Source of the DNA: Bdellovibrionales bacterium
GTDB lineage: Bacteria; Bdellovibrionota; Bdellovibrionia; Bdellovibrionales; JAUICD01
Direction of reading: 5' to 3'
Assembly (NCBI GenBank): GCA_965203275.1
Contig: OZ241865.1
Span: forward strand, 352,001 to 416,000
DNA length: 64,000 bases
The notes beneath the pieces were generated by a model. It ran no database searches. It saw only the letters and a program-made list of their open reading frames with translations, and was not told the origin of the DNA. The position numbers were made by a program, and so were the translations under genes. Positions 19,675-29,669 of this stretch are shown here, in pieces; the first letter of the stretch is position 1; every line of letters starts with the position of its first letter.

Positions 19675-22173
19675 TTATTTCTTTAAAATTTTTAATAAAT
19701 CTTCTTTAACCAATCCAAACTTTTTATGATACACCCGATGCTCTGTTTTATTGTTATCTTGATCTTTGAGATGTTCTGATAAGCATTGATTAATTTCTTC
19801 ATCAACATGAGAACACAATAAAGGTCTCTCTAACTTAAAGCCATAAATCTTAATGTACTTATTAAATTCAAAAACTTCTTCACTATTATTGATTTGATTA
19901 GCCTTTTGACATTTACTTTTTGTTTCTAAACATACCCTCATAGCTTCTGTTATTTTTGTAATAAACCAGTCTCTACTTTCACTGAGCAAACAGACTCCTT
20001 GCAATTGCTTGACTGGTTGGCCATCATCATCTACAACACAGGCACTTAAAAGCCGAGATTCCCCTCTAAATAAACTATTAAACACTTGTGCTTTTTTGTT
20101 TTTCCCTGATAAAGACCTTTTTGGAATATACTTATTCAAATCTTTAATAGCTTCTGTTTGTTGTCGCTCTAAAATTTCACAAGATACTTTGATATTTTCA
20201 TCAGTCCAAAAATTATCATAAGCTTTCATAAGATCTCTTATGGTGATAAAATTTCCATCCTGCTGTTGAATAAAATCTAAAAGATAACCCTGCCATTTTT
20301 TATGAATTTCTTGAAAATCAGCTTTTCTTTTATTAAAAAACTTTTCTGTCTCATCATTGTAGATAAAACATATCTGTGCATCTTTTTTATTCTCAAATCG
20401 ATTGATTCTTCCAGCAGTTTGACAGTCCGCATGAGGTTGCGATAATTCTACAAGAGCTTTTTGAAAGCTTAAGTTATAAGAAGATTGCAACATCTTTGAT
20501 GTGATCACTGATTTGTCACTGATGAGTATCTTTTTTGATCCATGCTCTTGCAAAATAGATTCTAATAATTCTTTTTTATCCTCATCAGTGAAATAAGAAT
20601 GAATAAGTTTTATTTGATCTGTCTGTGCTTTTAAAAGTTTAGCAAAAATTTCTTGGCTATTTTCTACTCTTAAAAAAGAATACAAACAATCAGGTTTAAA
20701 TGTATTGATTTTTTCTATTTTCATGCTTTGAGCAGAGATTTTAAATTTATGGTTCTCTCTGGCTGAAAGCTGATCTCTTTTAAAAACACAGCTATCTTCT
20801 ACAGAGATGTATTTTAATAAAGAAGGGTCTGGTGTGCCACTCAACATCAACGTTTTAACTTCTGAGTGAAGCCAACGGCTCCTTATTGTGAGTATTTCTT
20901 TTAAAGCAGGGATCATTTTAGGGTGTTCTTTAAACTCATGGAATTCATCTAAAACCAAATGAGAGCGAAGCATCTTAATAAATTCAGAAGACTGGCTCCT
21001 CTTATAATAAGGGCTTAAAAACCTATCAAAAACCATAATATTAATATCTGAAGTTAAAAGCTCGCTACTTTTTTCTGCCTCCGGATTACAACGTTTTCTT
21101 TCTCCATTAAAAACACCTTCTATTTTGATATTATGATATTTACCATAAATTCTTTTACAATCTTCCTTAATGGAATAAAACAAACCTGTCACCTGATGTT
21201 GTCTTGGCAAAGCTATGATCAATGGATGTTTATTTTGACAGTGATGCCACCAATAAAGAGCAATGCTGGTCTTACCTCCAGCAGGATCAACTCCACAAAC
21301 AGCAAGTTTTTTATTAGACTTAGACATTTTATAAGCTAAATCATTTTGTTCTTTGCTCTTTGAGTTTTTATTAAGATTTTCCATAATATGAAATGGTAGC
21401 TTTTTTTCTGCAAAAATTGATTTTCTATCTTTCCAGTTTTGTAAAAACTCTTGAAGTTCAGTGATATCCCATAAAGACACAGCTCTATCAGATTCAAGAA
21501 GTAAGTTAAGACAAATTTGTTTAAAGGCATTATCATAAACAGTTTCTGATTCGTGTTTGAAAAACTTAGGACATTGTATTTCTTCAATATCATCATTGGG
21601 TTCTTCTAAATCAGGTTTATTGCTATTCTGATCATACAAAGGAAAAGAATCAAAAAGCTCTTTAACAAACTTATATATATTCTGTTTTATATTGTCTTCT
21701 TCTATTTTCTCAAATATGACTTTAGAATTTTCAAATCTTAATGTATCTTCTTTATCATTACAATTAGCAGGATGATGCCAATAAACAGAATGACGAACAA
21801 TATCTTTAATTTTTCCATTATTAAATCTTACAAAGTTAGCAATGTAGGCCCATGAAATTTCATTATGAAATGGTCCTTTAAAACTTTTTGGCCTAAAAGA
21901 TTCAGCATCCATGGGTATCTCTTTGAAATCATCTTTGACGTTTGATTTGCTGTGAATATATTTTTGAAAATCTTTTGAGACCTTCCCTATATCATGGAGC
22001 AGGCCAGCAGAGATCAAACATTTATTGAGTTGTCTTTCTTTATCAGGTTTGAAGTTTAATGATTTGAGCAGTAAGTGACCATAAAGGGCTACAGCCATAG
22101 AATGCTCTTTTAAAGGTTGCCCTTTTGTGTTAGCTAATAAAGTGCTTTCATTATTTTTTTGCTTTTGATTCAT
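19675..22173 (-). CDS. cas3: Cas3 HD nuclease-helicase, not fused to Cas2
   Basis: EHS..LLHDIGK..HNEIS..WHH..ESD HD domain; GGKT, LDEFH, LSGT, IHS.F, QTAGRINR helicase motifs; alternative start 22191. Confidence 0.93.
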   Translation of the reverse strand: MNQKQKNNESTLLANTKGQPLKEHSMAVALYGHLLLKSLNFKPDKERQLNKCLISAGLLHDIGKVSKDFQKYIHSKSNVKDDFKEIPMDAESFRPKSFKGPFHNEISWAYIANFVRFNNGKIKDIVRHSVYWHHPANCNDKEDTLRFENSKVIFEKIEEDNIKQNIYKFVKELFDSFPLYDQNSNKPDLEEPNDDIEEIQCPKFFKHESETVYDNAFKQICLNLLLESDRAVSLWDITELQEFLQNWKDRKSIFAEKKLPFHIMENLNKNSKSKEQNDLAYKMSKSNKKLAVCGVDPAGGKTSIALYWWHHCQNKHPLIIALPRQHQVTGLFYSIKEDCKRIYGKYHNIKIEGVFNGERKRCNPEAEKSSELLTSDINIMVFDRFLSPYYKRSQSSEFIKMLRSHLVLDEFHEFKEHPKMIPALKEILTIRSRWLHSEVKTLMLSGTPDPSLLKYISVEDSCVFKRDQLSARENHKFKISAQSMKIEKINTFKPDCLYSFLRVENSQEIFAKLLKAQTDQIKLIHSYFTDEDKKELLESILQEHGSKKILISDKSVITSKMLQSSYNLSFQKALVELSQPHADCQTAGRINRFENKKDAQICFIYNDETEKFFNKRKADFQEIHKKWQGYLLDFIQQQDGNFITIRDLMKAYDNFWTDENIKVSCEILERQQTEAIKDLNKYIPKRSLSGKNKKAQVFNSLFRGESRLLSACVVDDDGQPVKQLQGVCLLSESRDWFITKITEAMRVCLETKSKCQKANQINNSEEVFEFNKYIKIYGFKLERPLLCSHVDEEINQCLSEHLKDQDNNKTEHRVYHKKFGLVKEDLLKILKK

Positions 22174-23311
22174 TGTCTTTTTCCCAATCATATTTTTTAA
22201 ATTCTTTTATTCCTGCTTTTCTTAATTGATATATCTCTACAAAAATTGGATCTTTTGTCTCATAACCACGTCCCATTTCCTCAAGGCCATCATAATCCAC
22301 AAAAACCACACCTCCTTCGCCCCATCTAGCTAGGTTTGGCCCTTGTTTGAACTTTTGGATCATATCTTCCCAAGCCGAGGAATTTTGGTTTTCTTCAAAA
22401 GCTTCTTGTGATAAATAAATATCAAAATCCACACAAGCAATATAAGCCGGTGTCCCCCTCACAACAGAATAATATTGTTTATCTATCCATTGTTTGGTAT
22501 TATTCAAATCAGTAAAAACACTAAATTTGCCATAACGAGATTTTTTTATTTGATCTAAAAAATCAGTATCTAAGTCACATAAATGGCAAATTTTTTCTAT
22601 CAGCTTTAAAACTTGTGTACTTATAGATTTTTCATCTTGTATTCTTTTTAAAGCTGTATTGATACCATCTTTTAATTTTGATTGAGGGATTTTTTCATCT
22701 ATAATTTGACTTAGTTTGAGTGCATCTTGTTTTAACTTTTCATATTCTTCTTTATTTTTCTTATATGTAATAACAGTTTCTTGAAAGAGAGAATAAATAT
22801 TTGAAAGAGATAAAGACAAGGAAGCAGATTGTAATATCTTCACTAAAGGCTTTCCTAAAAGTTTTATTGTGGGATCCGCATGTTCAAAAGGATGGTTATG
22901 GAGATTCACTTTAGGGTGATCAGAAAATTCAGATTTTTTATAATGGGTGTCTTTCCTTTCAAAAAAAGTCGTGATATGAGGTTCTGATATTTTTTTAATA
23001 GCTACTGTTTGTACTATGGCATCTAAGGTAGAATTAAGCTTTTGAATAGACGGCTTTTGACTATCTTCTATTTTCTTTATCTTTTGCGTCTCCCCCATAA
23101 GGTAAGAAAATAATCCCTTGAGAGAACTCTCCCTGACAAGAGATAAGACTTTTTGAGAGCTATGTTTGGGGTGAGGAATTAATTTAATATCCTTTTCTCC
23201 TGTCTCTTGTGGTGGATAAAGAAATAATTTGCCAATTTTTATTCTCTCCCATGCTTTGTCTTGCCTGATATAAATACCGCCTGACCGGACTTTTAATTTA
23301 ATGTATGACAT
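22151..23311 (-). CDS. cas5: Large divergent Cas5 (Cas5fv-like)
   Basis: Lies between cas7 and cas3; SSLKGLFSYLMGE N-terminal helix, C-terminal G-rich ARWGEGGVVFV, large central helical insert. Confidence 0.65.
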   Translation of the reverse strand: MSYIKLKVRSGGIYIRQDKAWERIKIGKLFLYPPQETGEKDIKLIPHPKHSSQKVLSLVRESSLKGLFSYLMGETQKIKKIEDSQKPSIQKLNSTLDAIVQTVAIKKISEPHITTFFERKDTHYKKSEFSDHPKVNLHNHPFEHADPTIKLLGKPLVKILQSASLSLSLSNIYSLFQETVITYKKNKEEYEKLKQDALKLSQIIDEKIPQSKLKDGINTALKRIQDEKSISTQVLKLIEKICHLCDLDTDFLDQIKKSRYGKFSVFTDLNNTKQWIDKQYYSVVRGTPAYIACVDFDIYLSQEAFEENQNSSAWEDMIQKFKQGPNLARWGEGGVVFVDYDGLEEMGRGYETKDPIFVEIYQLRKAGIKEFKKYDWEKDNESKAKK

Positions 23312-23313
23312 AA

Positions 23314-24246
23314 TCAATCCTCAGTTACTTCTTTAAATTCTTTGAAAAAATGATGAAATTCTATCTTACTTAATTCTTCTTTCAGTTTAGACTCTTCAGC
23401 ATCTATTGTATCTTCACCATCAAAAAAAGAAACTTTAAGTGATCCCTTTTGATAAGCTAATCTGGATCCTGCTTTTAACCCATGAATACTACGTATTCTT
23501 AGAAAAACAACTTTCACAAGGTGCCTTATTTGTTTTTGATTCAATAAAATCCCCTCTCTTGGAACTTTATAAATAGCATCTTTGTCAATGTATTTTTTGA
23601 TTTCAAGAGCAGAGTCGACACCATGTTTTTCAAAATACTCTTTAAGAAGCTCTAAACATTTATCTTTATCTTTTTTGTTGATCATAGAAAAATCGTTATC
23701 TACCCCATAGAGAGATAAAAATTGAAGCTCTTTAAGATTTATCCCACCTAAAAGCTTTTGTTTCCTATAGGGCAGGTTATCTTTTGAAAACATGGACGTA
23801 TCACTTTTATCTTCACCCTTTTTATTTTTCTCTTTTCCTTCTTTTGGCTTAGAACTACTCCCTTGATCAAAAACAATATCTAAATGATCAGTAGTTACCG
23901 CATCTGCTATATGTAAAGGAGAACATTTTTTAAATCCATCATCGGGTGATAAATAACCTCTTAAAAGCCCTACTTCTGAGGCTACCATTTCAATAAATTT
24001 ATCAGCAAAAATTTTATTTGAAGGTTGTCTGGGTTGAAGGTCTTTAAATATCTCATGCCTCAAACAACGCGAAGATGTGTAATCTTTTCTTCTCTTTTGA
24101 CTTTGATCTACATTTTGAATTTCAGTGAAAGTCTTTGCACACAAATGATTCTCATGTCCATCTCTTTTACCAACTTTGTTGTAATTATAGACACCCCAAA
24201 CATCTAAAAGACCTTCAAAGGTAATAGTTTTAATTGATTGACTCAT
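23314..24246 (-). CDS. cas7: Cas7 backbone protein (Cas7fv-like)
   Basis: YTSSRCLRHEIF, ASEVGLLRGYL, KKCSPL, DTSMFSK, ELQFLSL, EGILLN match in order the motifs I recall for I-F2 Cas7fv. Confidence 0.82.
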   Translation of the reverse strand: MSQSIKTITFEGLLDVWGVYNYNKVGKRDGHENHLCAKTFTEIQNVDQSQKRRKDYTSSRCLRHEIFKDLQPRQPSNKIFADKFIEMVASEVGLLRGYLSPDDGFKKCSPLHIADAVTTDHLDIVFDQGSSSKPKEGKEKNKKGEDKSDTSMFSKDNLPYRKQKLLGGINLKELQFLSLYGVDNDFSMINKKDKDKCLELLKEYFEKHGVDSALEIKKYIDKDAIYKVPREGILLNQKQIRHLVKVVFLRIRSIHGLKAGSRLAYQKGSLKVSFFDGEDTIDAEESKLKEELSKIEFHHFFKEFKEVTED

Positions 24247-24257
24247 AATAATCCTCC

Positions 24258-24815
24258 TTATTTCATTAAAATTAATCCATAGCCGTAGGATTTTCTAGAT
24301 CCTACGCCCTTACTTAAAGCTTGATTGAATTTATGATGATCTAAAATATGAAATTTTCCCTCAATGCTAAAAATATTGTGAATAGTAAAATAAATATCCT
24401 TTTTATCTTCTCTCCGAGGTCCAAGAAACTGACAGGATACCTGATCTCCCTTGAGACCTGTCATAAAGCAAAACTTCTCTAAGGCTTTATCTTGGTTTAT
24501 TTGAGGATAGATGTTTTTTTGTCCTCTTTTATTTTCCGGAATAATATTTTTTTTGTGTCTATTGCAAAACGAAACATGAGTTTCTAATGCCACTGTCTTA
24601 TCATCCTCATTGATTAGACTCATTTTTTGAGTGCTGTGATGTAATGGTTTAGCAGGTGGAAGTGTGGAAAGAACATACAGCAAATCACCTTGAGACAGTG
24701 ACGGACAGATATTTTGAGGAGAATTAAATAACTCTCTAATCAATGAATGAACAGAAGAATAACCAGCTTCAAATAAAGAAAAACAATAAATATTTACTTG
24801 ATTTTTCAATGTCAA
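24258..24815 (-). CDS. cas6: Cas6 endoribonuclease (Cas6e-like)
   Basis: C-terminal glycine loop ALSKGVGSRKSYGYGLI; N-terminal H..I..LF helix. Confidence 0.85.
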   Translation of the reverse strand: MTLKNQVNIYCFSLFEAGYSSVHSLIRELFNSPQNICPSLSQGDLLYVLSTLPPAKPLHHSTQKMSLINEDDKTVALETHVSFCNRHKKNIIPENKRGQKNIYPQINQDKALEKFCFMTGLKGDQVSCQFLGPRREDKKDIYFTIHNIFSIEGKFHILDHHKFNQALSKGVGSRKSYGYGLILMK

Positions 24816-24844
24816 AATGACCTCACTTTAAATTGAGAAAAAAA

Positions 24845-24889
24845 CTGAACAGAAATATTCTGAGCAGAAATATTCTGAACAGAAAGATT
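24845..24889. repeat. Three tandem 15-bp repeats upstream of the cas operon
   Basis: CTGAACAGAAATATT-CTGAGCAGAAATATT-CTGAACAGAAAGATT. Confidence 0.75.
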
Positions 24890-25321
24890 TAAGTTTCTTC
24901 TTTCAAATTTTTCTTGGAACTCTTTTCCTTGTTTTTTGTCAAAGTTTGATGAGGGGATGGATTGTCAAACTACATTAAAATATTTTCCTAACCACATTAA
25001 CCTCTCCCCCTTTTCATAATCTATCGTCATAGTCAGACCAAGACTTTAGTCTTTATGAAAGGAAATTTTATTTATATGAAAAGTGTTTCATATTGAGGCA
25101 AAAAAGCAGGGCAGGACTCTTTAAACCCTTAAGTGCTAGATTCTAAATGCTCGATTTACTGCAATGAACAAAGAGAATACAAAGAGCGTCATTATAATAA
25201 TACTGAAAATCTACATGAACATTTGAAGGTTGTTAAGCTCAGGCAAACTCAGGAAAAAACAGATATTGTCATCCCTAACCTAAACTGAGAGGCCCCAAAA
25301 AAGCTTTGCTGGTATTTTTAT

Positions 25322-26721
25322 GAGCTTGTCCCTGATATCGGTGAAAATAGACGGCTCATAAATTAGTTTTTAATTGTTTTTTCTTTTTGTCAATAATAAT
25401 TTTTTTTAAACTTTGTTCTAATTGTTCTAAATCTTTAAATCCTTTAATGCTTTTGAAATGTTTTTCTGCTTCCAATAGACTCACAGCAGACCATCTTAAA
25501 ACTTGATCTGAAGAAGAACTCCAATTCTTTACCCTCCGAACTTTTTCCCTCACAACTGAAAAAACAGACTCAATAGGATTTGTCGATGATAATGACCTCC
25601 TTAAAAGTAATGAAACTCCAAGCTTGATCGTTGTCAGTGTCTCCATCTCTGCCTCTTTTAAAGATGTGAATGCTGAATGATTGACCCGCTTTAACCAGCT
25701 TAATAAAGACTCATGCTCTAACTTCGATGACAACTCATCTGGCATACCATGTAACTTCTTCCAACGACTCTTAAACTCTATGTGACGACTTGGAGGTAAG
25801 CAACTCAGAATATTTCTCTCTTTATGCTGAATACAACGCTGAACTACTGAACGACCTGAAAATACTCTATCTATTCCCTTCCTTAATGCTTTGCTACCAT
25901 CAATCACAAAAAGATAACCCTTCTCTTTATCAAGACCACGACCTATAAGTCCCTCCAGAAGATCACGGCAAACTTCCCAACTCTCTGTATTGCCTTCTTT
26001 AAGACCTAATATAACCTTCTTACCTTGATCTGTGATTCCTAAGGCCACTATAACCAGCGTAGAACCAATACCCACTCCATCTATCATTATCGCTGGAAAC
26101 CTGTACTTACTTAAATCACGATTGTTAATCGACTCAAGGGCTTGTTTAGATGACTTATTAAAAACTCTACTCACACTACTCCTAGAAAGTTTAAGCCCTC
26201 CTGAAATATCATCTAAAAGATGATTGTAATTCCGTGATGAAACTCCACTCATGGCATGTTTTAAAACACGATCACTGAGTATGTCATAGTGTTGAAGGGC
26301 TGAATAGATCTTAAGCCTCACTTCACGACCTGACTGCTTAACACGAGGCTTCCTAACCTGCAACTTTTGACCACCTGCAAGTATGCTACCTTTATCACTA
26401 CCAGCTCTATGATATGGTGTATCTCTATGACGACCATAACGCTCACCGCAAAGCTCTAATAGCTCTGCTTCAAAAAAACCATAGACCGAACAAAGAATAG
26501 ATGACTTGATCTCATCCTCTACAATCTGACGAATTTCTGACAAAGTATTGGCTGAAACTTGAAATGAATGACTATTTTTGGTACACTTCATAATGGCTCC
26601 TTTCTTTTTATTTTTAAAAGTTAATTGTTAATAAAATTTGGTTGGCTGAAATATGCCAACCAGGAGCCTTCTATCTTAACATCTTCTCTAAGAAAAATTC
26701 ACCGAATTATAGGACATGCTC
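25322..26721 (-). mobile_element. IS256-family insertion sequence, 1400 bp, intact
   Basis: Imperfect terminal IRs GAGCTTGTCCCTGATATCGGTGAA / GAGCATGTCCTATAATTCGGTGAA; 8-bp target duplication ATTTTTAT at 25314-25321 and 26722-26729. Confidence 0.92.
25356..26591 (-). CDS. IS256-family DDE transposase
   Basis: GVSSR, IMIDG, FVIDGSKAL, QRCIQHKERN, STNPIES. Confidence 0.93.
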   Translation of the reverse strand: MKCTKNSHSFQVSANTLSEIRQIVEDEIKSSILCSVYGFFEAELLELCGERYGRHRDTPYHRAGSDKGSILAGGQKLQVRKPRVKQSGREVRLKIYSALQHYDILSDRVLKHAMSGVSSRNYNHLLDDISGGLKLSRSSVSRVFNKSSKQALESINNRDLSKYRFPAIMIDGVGIGSTLVIVALGITDQGKKVILGLKEGNTESWEVCRDLLEGLIGRGLDKEKGYLFVIDGSKALRKGIDRVFSGRSVVQRCIQHKERNILSCLPPSRHIEFKSRWKKLHGMPDELSSKLEHESLLSWLKRVNHSAFTSLKEAEMETLTTIKLGVSLLLRRSLSSTNPIESVFSVVREKVRRVKNWSSSSDQVLRWSAVSLLEAEKHFKSIKGFKDLEQLEQSLKKIIIDKKKKQLKTNL

Positions 26722-26725
26722 ATTT

Positions 26726-28039
26726 TTATTCTTTTGAAGGAGTGTAGGGGCTAATATAAAGGGTTAAATTTTCTATTTTTTTAACTATCACTTCCTGATC
26801 TAATGTGACTTGAGAGTCACTGATGGCATTCCAAATACTTCCACCTAGGGCTACTTTGCATTTTCTATCTGAAATATTAGAAACCTGTACAACCACCCCT
26901 TTATCCATTAACACACTTTCTTGACCATAGTGAAAACCAGGAAGGCTACGTGTTTTTAATGCAATACGCCCTAACAAAATCATCAACAAACCAAAGCCTA
27001 TAGCAACAGGGATCATACTGATCAAAGGAAGTTCATAGCCAAATTTATTTTCATCAAATAAAAAAACACCTCCCATCACAAAAGACACAATGCCACCTAT
27101 TCCTAAAGCTCCAAAGCTAGGAACAAAAGCTTCCCCTATCATAAATCCAATGCCAACTAACATAAGCAGTAATCCTGCCCAAGAAACATCTAACTTATGA
27201 AAACTCATTAAAGAGATGACAAGTCCTATAATCCCTGCCACCCCTGGGACAAGAGTTCCTGGATGAGTGATCTCATAATATAAAAGCAGTAGACTCCCCA
27301 TAAATATAAAATAAATAAGAAAAGGCTCTGTGAAAATATCTAAAAGTTTGAAGCGAAAGCCTATATGAAATGGTTTAATGGATGATGTTTTTACAGATGT
27401 GACCTGACCTGATACCATTTGCACCTCTTTCCCTGAAGCTTGCTGTAAAAAGTCTGCCTTTGATATGGCTACAAAATCAATAGCCCCCATTTCAAGAGCT
27501 TCTTTTGCTCCTACAGATTTGGCTTCTGTGACCATATCTCTGCCAAATTTTTGACTGCGACCACGTTTTTCTATTAAGCCCTCAATCCAGCTGAGGGTAT
27601 CATTGATAACCTTTTTTTTCATATCTTCGGGTATATCTTGACCTCCAGCTTGTATGGGAGTTGCAGCTCCTATATTGGTAGATTCCATTGCCCCTGCTAT
27701 GTGGCAAGCTTGCATAATAATAGCTCCAGCACTGGCTGCATGAGCTCCTGCAGGATAAATTAAGCAAAGGTAAGGGATAGGAGAATTGAGAATTTGCTCT
27801 ACAATCAAACGGGTTGTTTGCATCACTCCACCCGGAGTATTCACTAATAAAAGAATGCTAGAACAAGATTCTGAGATAGCCTTTTGTTGTCCCCTTTCAA
27901 TATAATCATAAACAGCTACACCAATGCTACTTTCTATTTTCATCTCTAAGGTGCAATTAGCCTGCACTTGTATGGGGAAAATAAACAAATAAAGTCCTAT
28001 TAAATAAAAAAATATTATTTTAAAACACATTTTGTGCAT
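26726..28039 (-). CDS. nfeD: Long NfeD-family membrane-bound serine protease
   Basis: NTPGG, AASAG, TNIGAATP protease domain; TM bundle; C-terminal OB domain (G.IWNA). Confidence 0.92.
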   Translation of the reverse strand: MHKMCFKIIFFYLIGLYLFIFPIQVQANCTLEMKIESSIGVAVYDYIERGQQKAISESCSSILLLVNTPGGVMQTTRLIVEQILNSPIPYLCLIYPAGAHAASAGAIIMQACHIAGAMESTNIGAATPIQAGGQDIPEDMKKKVINDTLSWIEGLIEKRGRSQKFGRDMVTEAKSVGAKEALEMGAIDFVAISKADFLQQASGKEVQMVSGQVTSVKTSSIKPFHIGFRFKLLDIFTEPFLIYFIFMGSLLLLYYEITHPGTLVPGVAGIIGLVISLMSFHKLDVSWAGLLLMLVGIGFMIGEAFVPSFGALGIGGIVSFVMGGVFLFDENKFGYELPLISMIPVAIGFGLLMILLGRIALKTRSLPGFHYGQESVLMDKGVVVQVSNISDRKCKVALGGSIWNAISDSQVTLDQEVIVKKIENLTLYISPYTPSKE

Positions 28040-28293
28040 TTTATGCTTTCACCTCAATGATCATTTTTATGCGTTTTGCTTGAATAAATAAAGGTTCTAT
28101 AAAATATTCATATTTCTTACCTTACCTATATTATCTTATACTTTGAGGAGTAAATAAAATAAAATCTTATTATAAGTATAAGCAATATTTATTTTCTAAC
28201 TTTTTGTTTTTGTTTTGAATCTATAAGATATTTTCTCTTAAAGGATACATCGGCTTTATGGATTCTTATTTTGAGACAAATATAGAATTGATA

Positions 28294-29574
28294 TTATTCT
28301 GTAGCTCCGGCCTCTTGCAATAACCTTGCAATTTCAGTACGGTTATGTCCACTAGATTGACGTCTAGTAGTCCATAATAAAGCCGTACGGCCATTATTGT
28401 CTTGATGATTGACGTTAGCTCCGGCCGCTATCAATAACTTTACAATCTCTACATGGCCTCTATCACTAAAAACATTTCTTATCCAGTCTATAGATTCGTT
28501 ATAATGATCGATTGAAGACACCACTATTGGATACTTTCCTTTCTGTAGGAGTCCATTAACAGCATGCATTAAAGGTGTCTCCCCATCTGCATTTGCTCGA
28601 TTGACGTTAGCTCCGGCCGCTATCAATAGCTTTACAATCTCTGTATGGCCCCACTTACTAGCCAGCAATAAAGCTGTCTCGTCCTTCTTTGAGAAATAAC
28701 GCACAAATCGACTTCTAATGTTTGGATCGGCTCCAGCCGCTAGCAATAACTTTACAACCTCTGTATAGCCATCCTTACTAGCCCACATTAAAGCCGTATA
28801 GCCACCATAGCCTTGATAATTGACGTTAGCTCCGGCCGCTATCAATAACTTTACAGATTCAATGGTTTCAAGCATGAAGGGAGTCTTGCCACTAGCATAC
28901 ATTAAAAGTGTATTGTGGGTTTTGTCCACCGGCATATTAACATTCATACAAGTACTTTTTAAAAATAGCTTTAAAATTTCTGTATTTTTGACAAGGGACT
29001 TTCTAAACAAAGAATACCCTTTATAAGAAACCTTGTTATTATGTATAAAACCACCCTCAGAGTCTCCAGCCTCGTCCTCTTTAGTATACGAAAGACTACC
29101 AGGGTCTGCTCCGGCCGCTAGCAAATTCTTTATACCCTCTATATCACCATTAATAACAGCCTGTTTTAAATTTGCACGACCATGACGAGGCCTGCAAGTG
29201 TATGTTGTTGGAGTTGGTCTTAAAACTACCTGTGGAGCTGGAGTTGGTCCTGGAATCAGAGTTGCCGTTGGTTCTGGAATCCGATCTGGAGTTGGTCCTG
29301 GAATTGGAGCTGTAGATGGTCCCGGAGTTGGAGATGGTCCGGGAGTCGGAGCTGGAGTTGCCGTTGGTCCTGGAGTCGAAGTTGTAGATGGTCCTGGAAC
29401 CGGAACTGGAATCGAAGCTGGCTTTTGTTCTATTTGAGAACTGGACGTCTTACTGTCAAAACGGCTTTTCGCACAGTTGTTAAAACTGAATACCAAACAA
29501 GACAAAATAAGCAATGCTAACGATAAATAAGCAAGCCTTTTTTTAGATTTTAGATTTTTAAACATTTTAAACAT
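28294..29574 (-). CDS. Ankyrin-repeat lipoprotein with Pro/Thr/Gly linker
   Basis: FNNC lipoprotein motif, PGPT repeats, ankyrin repeats ending in AGATE like the 8182 paralogue. Confidence 0.92.
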   Translation of the reverse strand: MFKMFKNLKSKKRLAYLSLALLILSCLVFSFNNCAKSRFDSKTSSSQIEQKPASIPVPVPGPSTTSTPGPTATPAPTPGPSPTPGPSTAPIPGPTPDRIPEPTATLIPGPTPAPQVVLRPTPTTYTCRPRHGRANLKQAVINGDIEGIKNLLAAGADPGSLSYTKEDEAGDSEGGFIHNNKVSYKGYSLFRKSLVKNTEILKLFLKSTCMNVNMPVDKTHNTLLMYASGKTPFMLETIESVKLLIAAGANVNYQGYGGYTALMWASKDGYTEVVKLLLAAGADPNIRSRFVRYFSKKDETALLLASKWGHTEIVKLLIAAGANVNRANADGETPLMHAVNGLLQKGKYPIVVSSIDHYNESIDWIRNVFSDRGHVEIVKLLIAAGANVNHQDNNGRTALLWTTRRQSSGHNRTEIARLLQEAGATE

Positions 29575-29622
29575 GTTGTACCGACCTTAATAAAGATTGA
29601 TTTATTTATTTATCTAAATACC

Positions 29623-29649
29623 TTATCGGCAGGTTTTAAAATTTACTTA
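29623..29649 (-). promoter_or_regulatory. Putative sigma28 promoter
   Basis: TAAG-N15-GCCGATAA on the - strand, 48 nt before the ankyrin gene. Confidence 0.68.
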
Positions 29650-29669
29650 AAAAAATATAGGGAAATTAA

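Noticed and set aside
24816..25321. Hidden cas8 or SPFH/stomatin gene between cas6 and the IS
   Set aside because: Only short, stop-interrupted frames; no recognisable motifs
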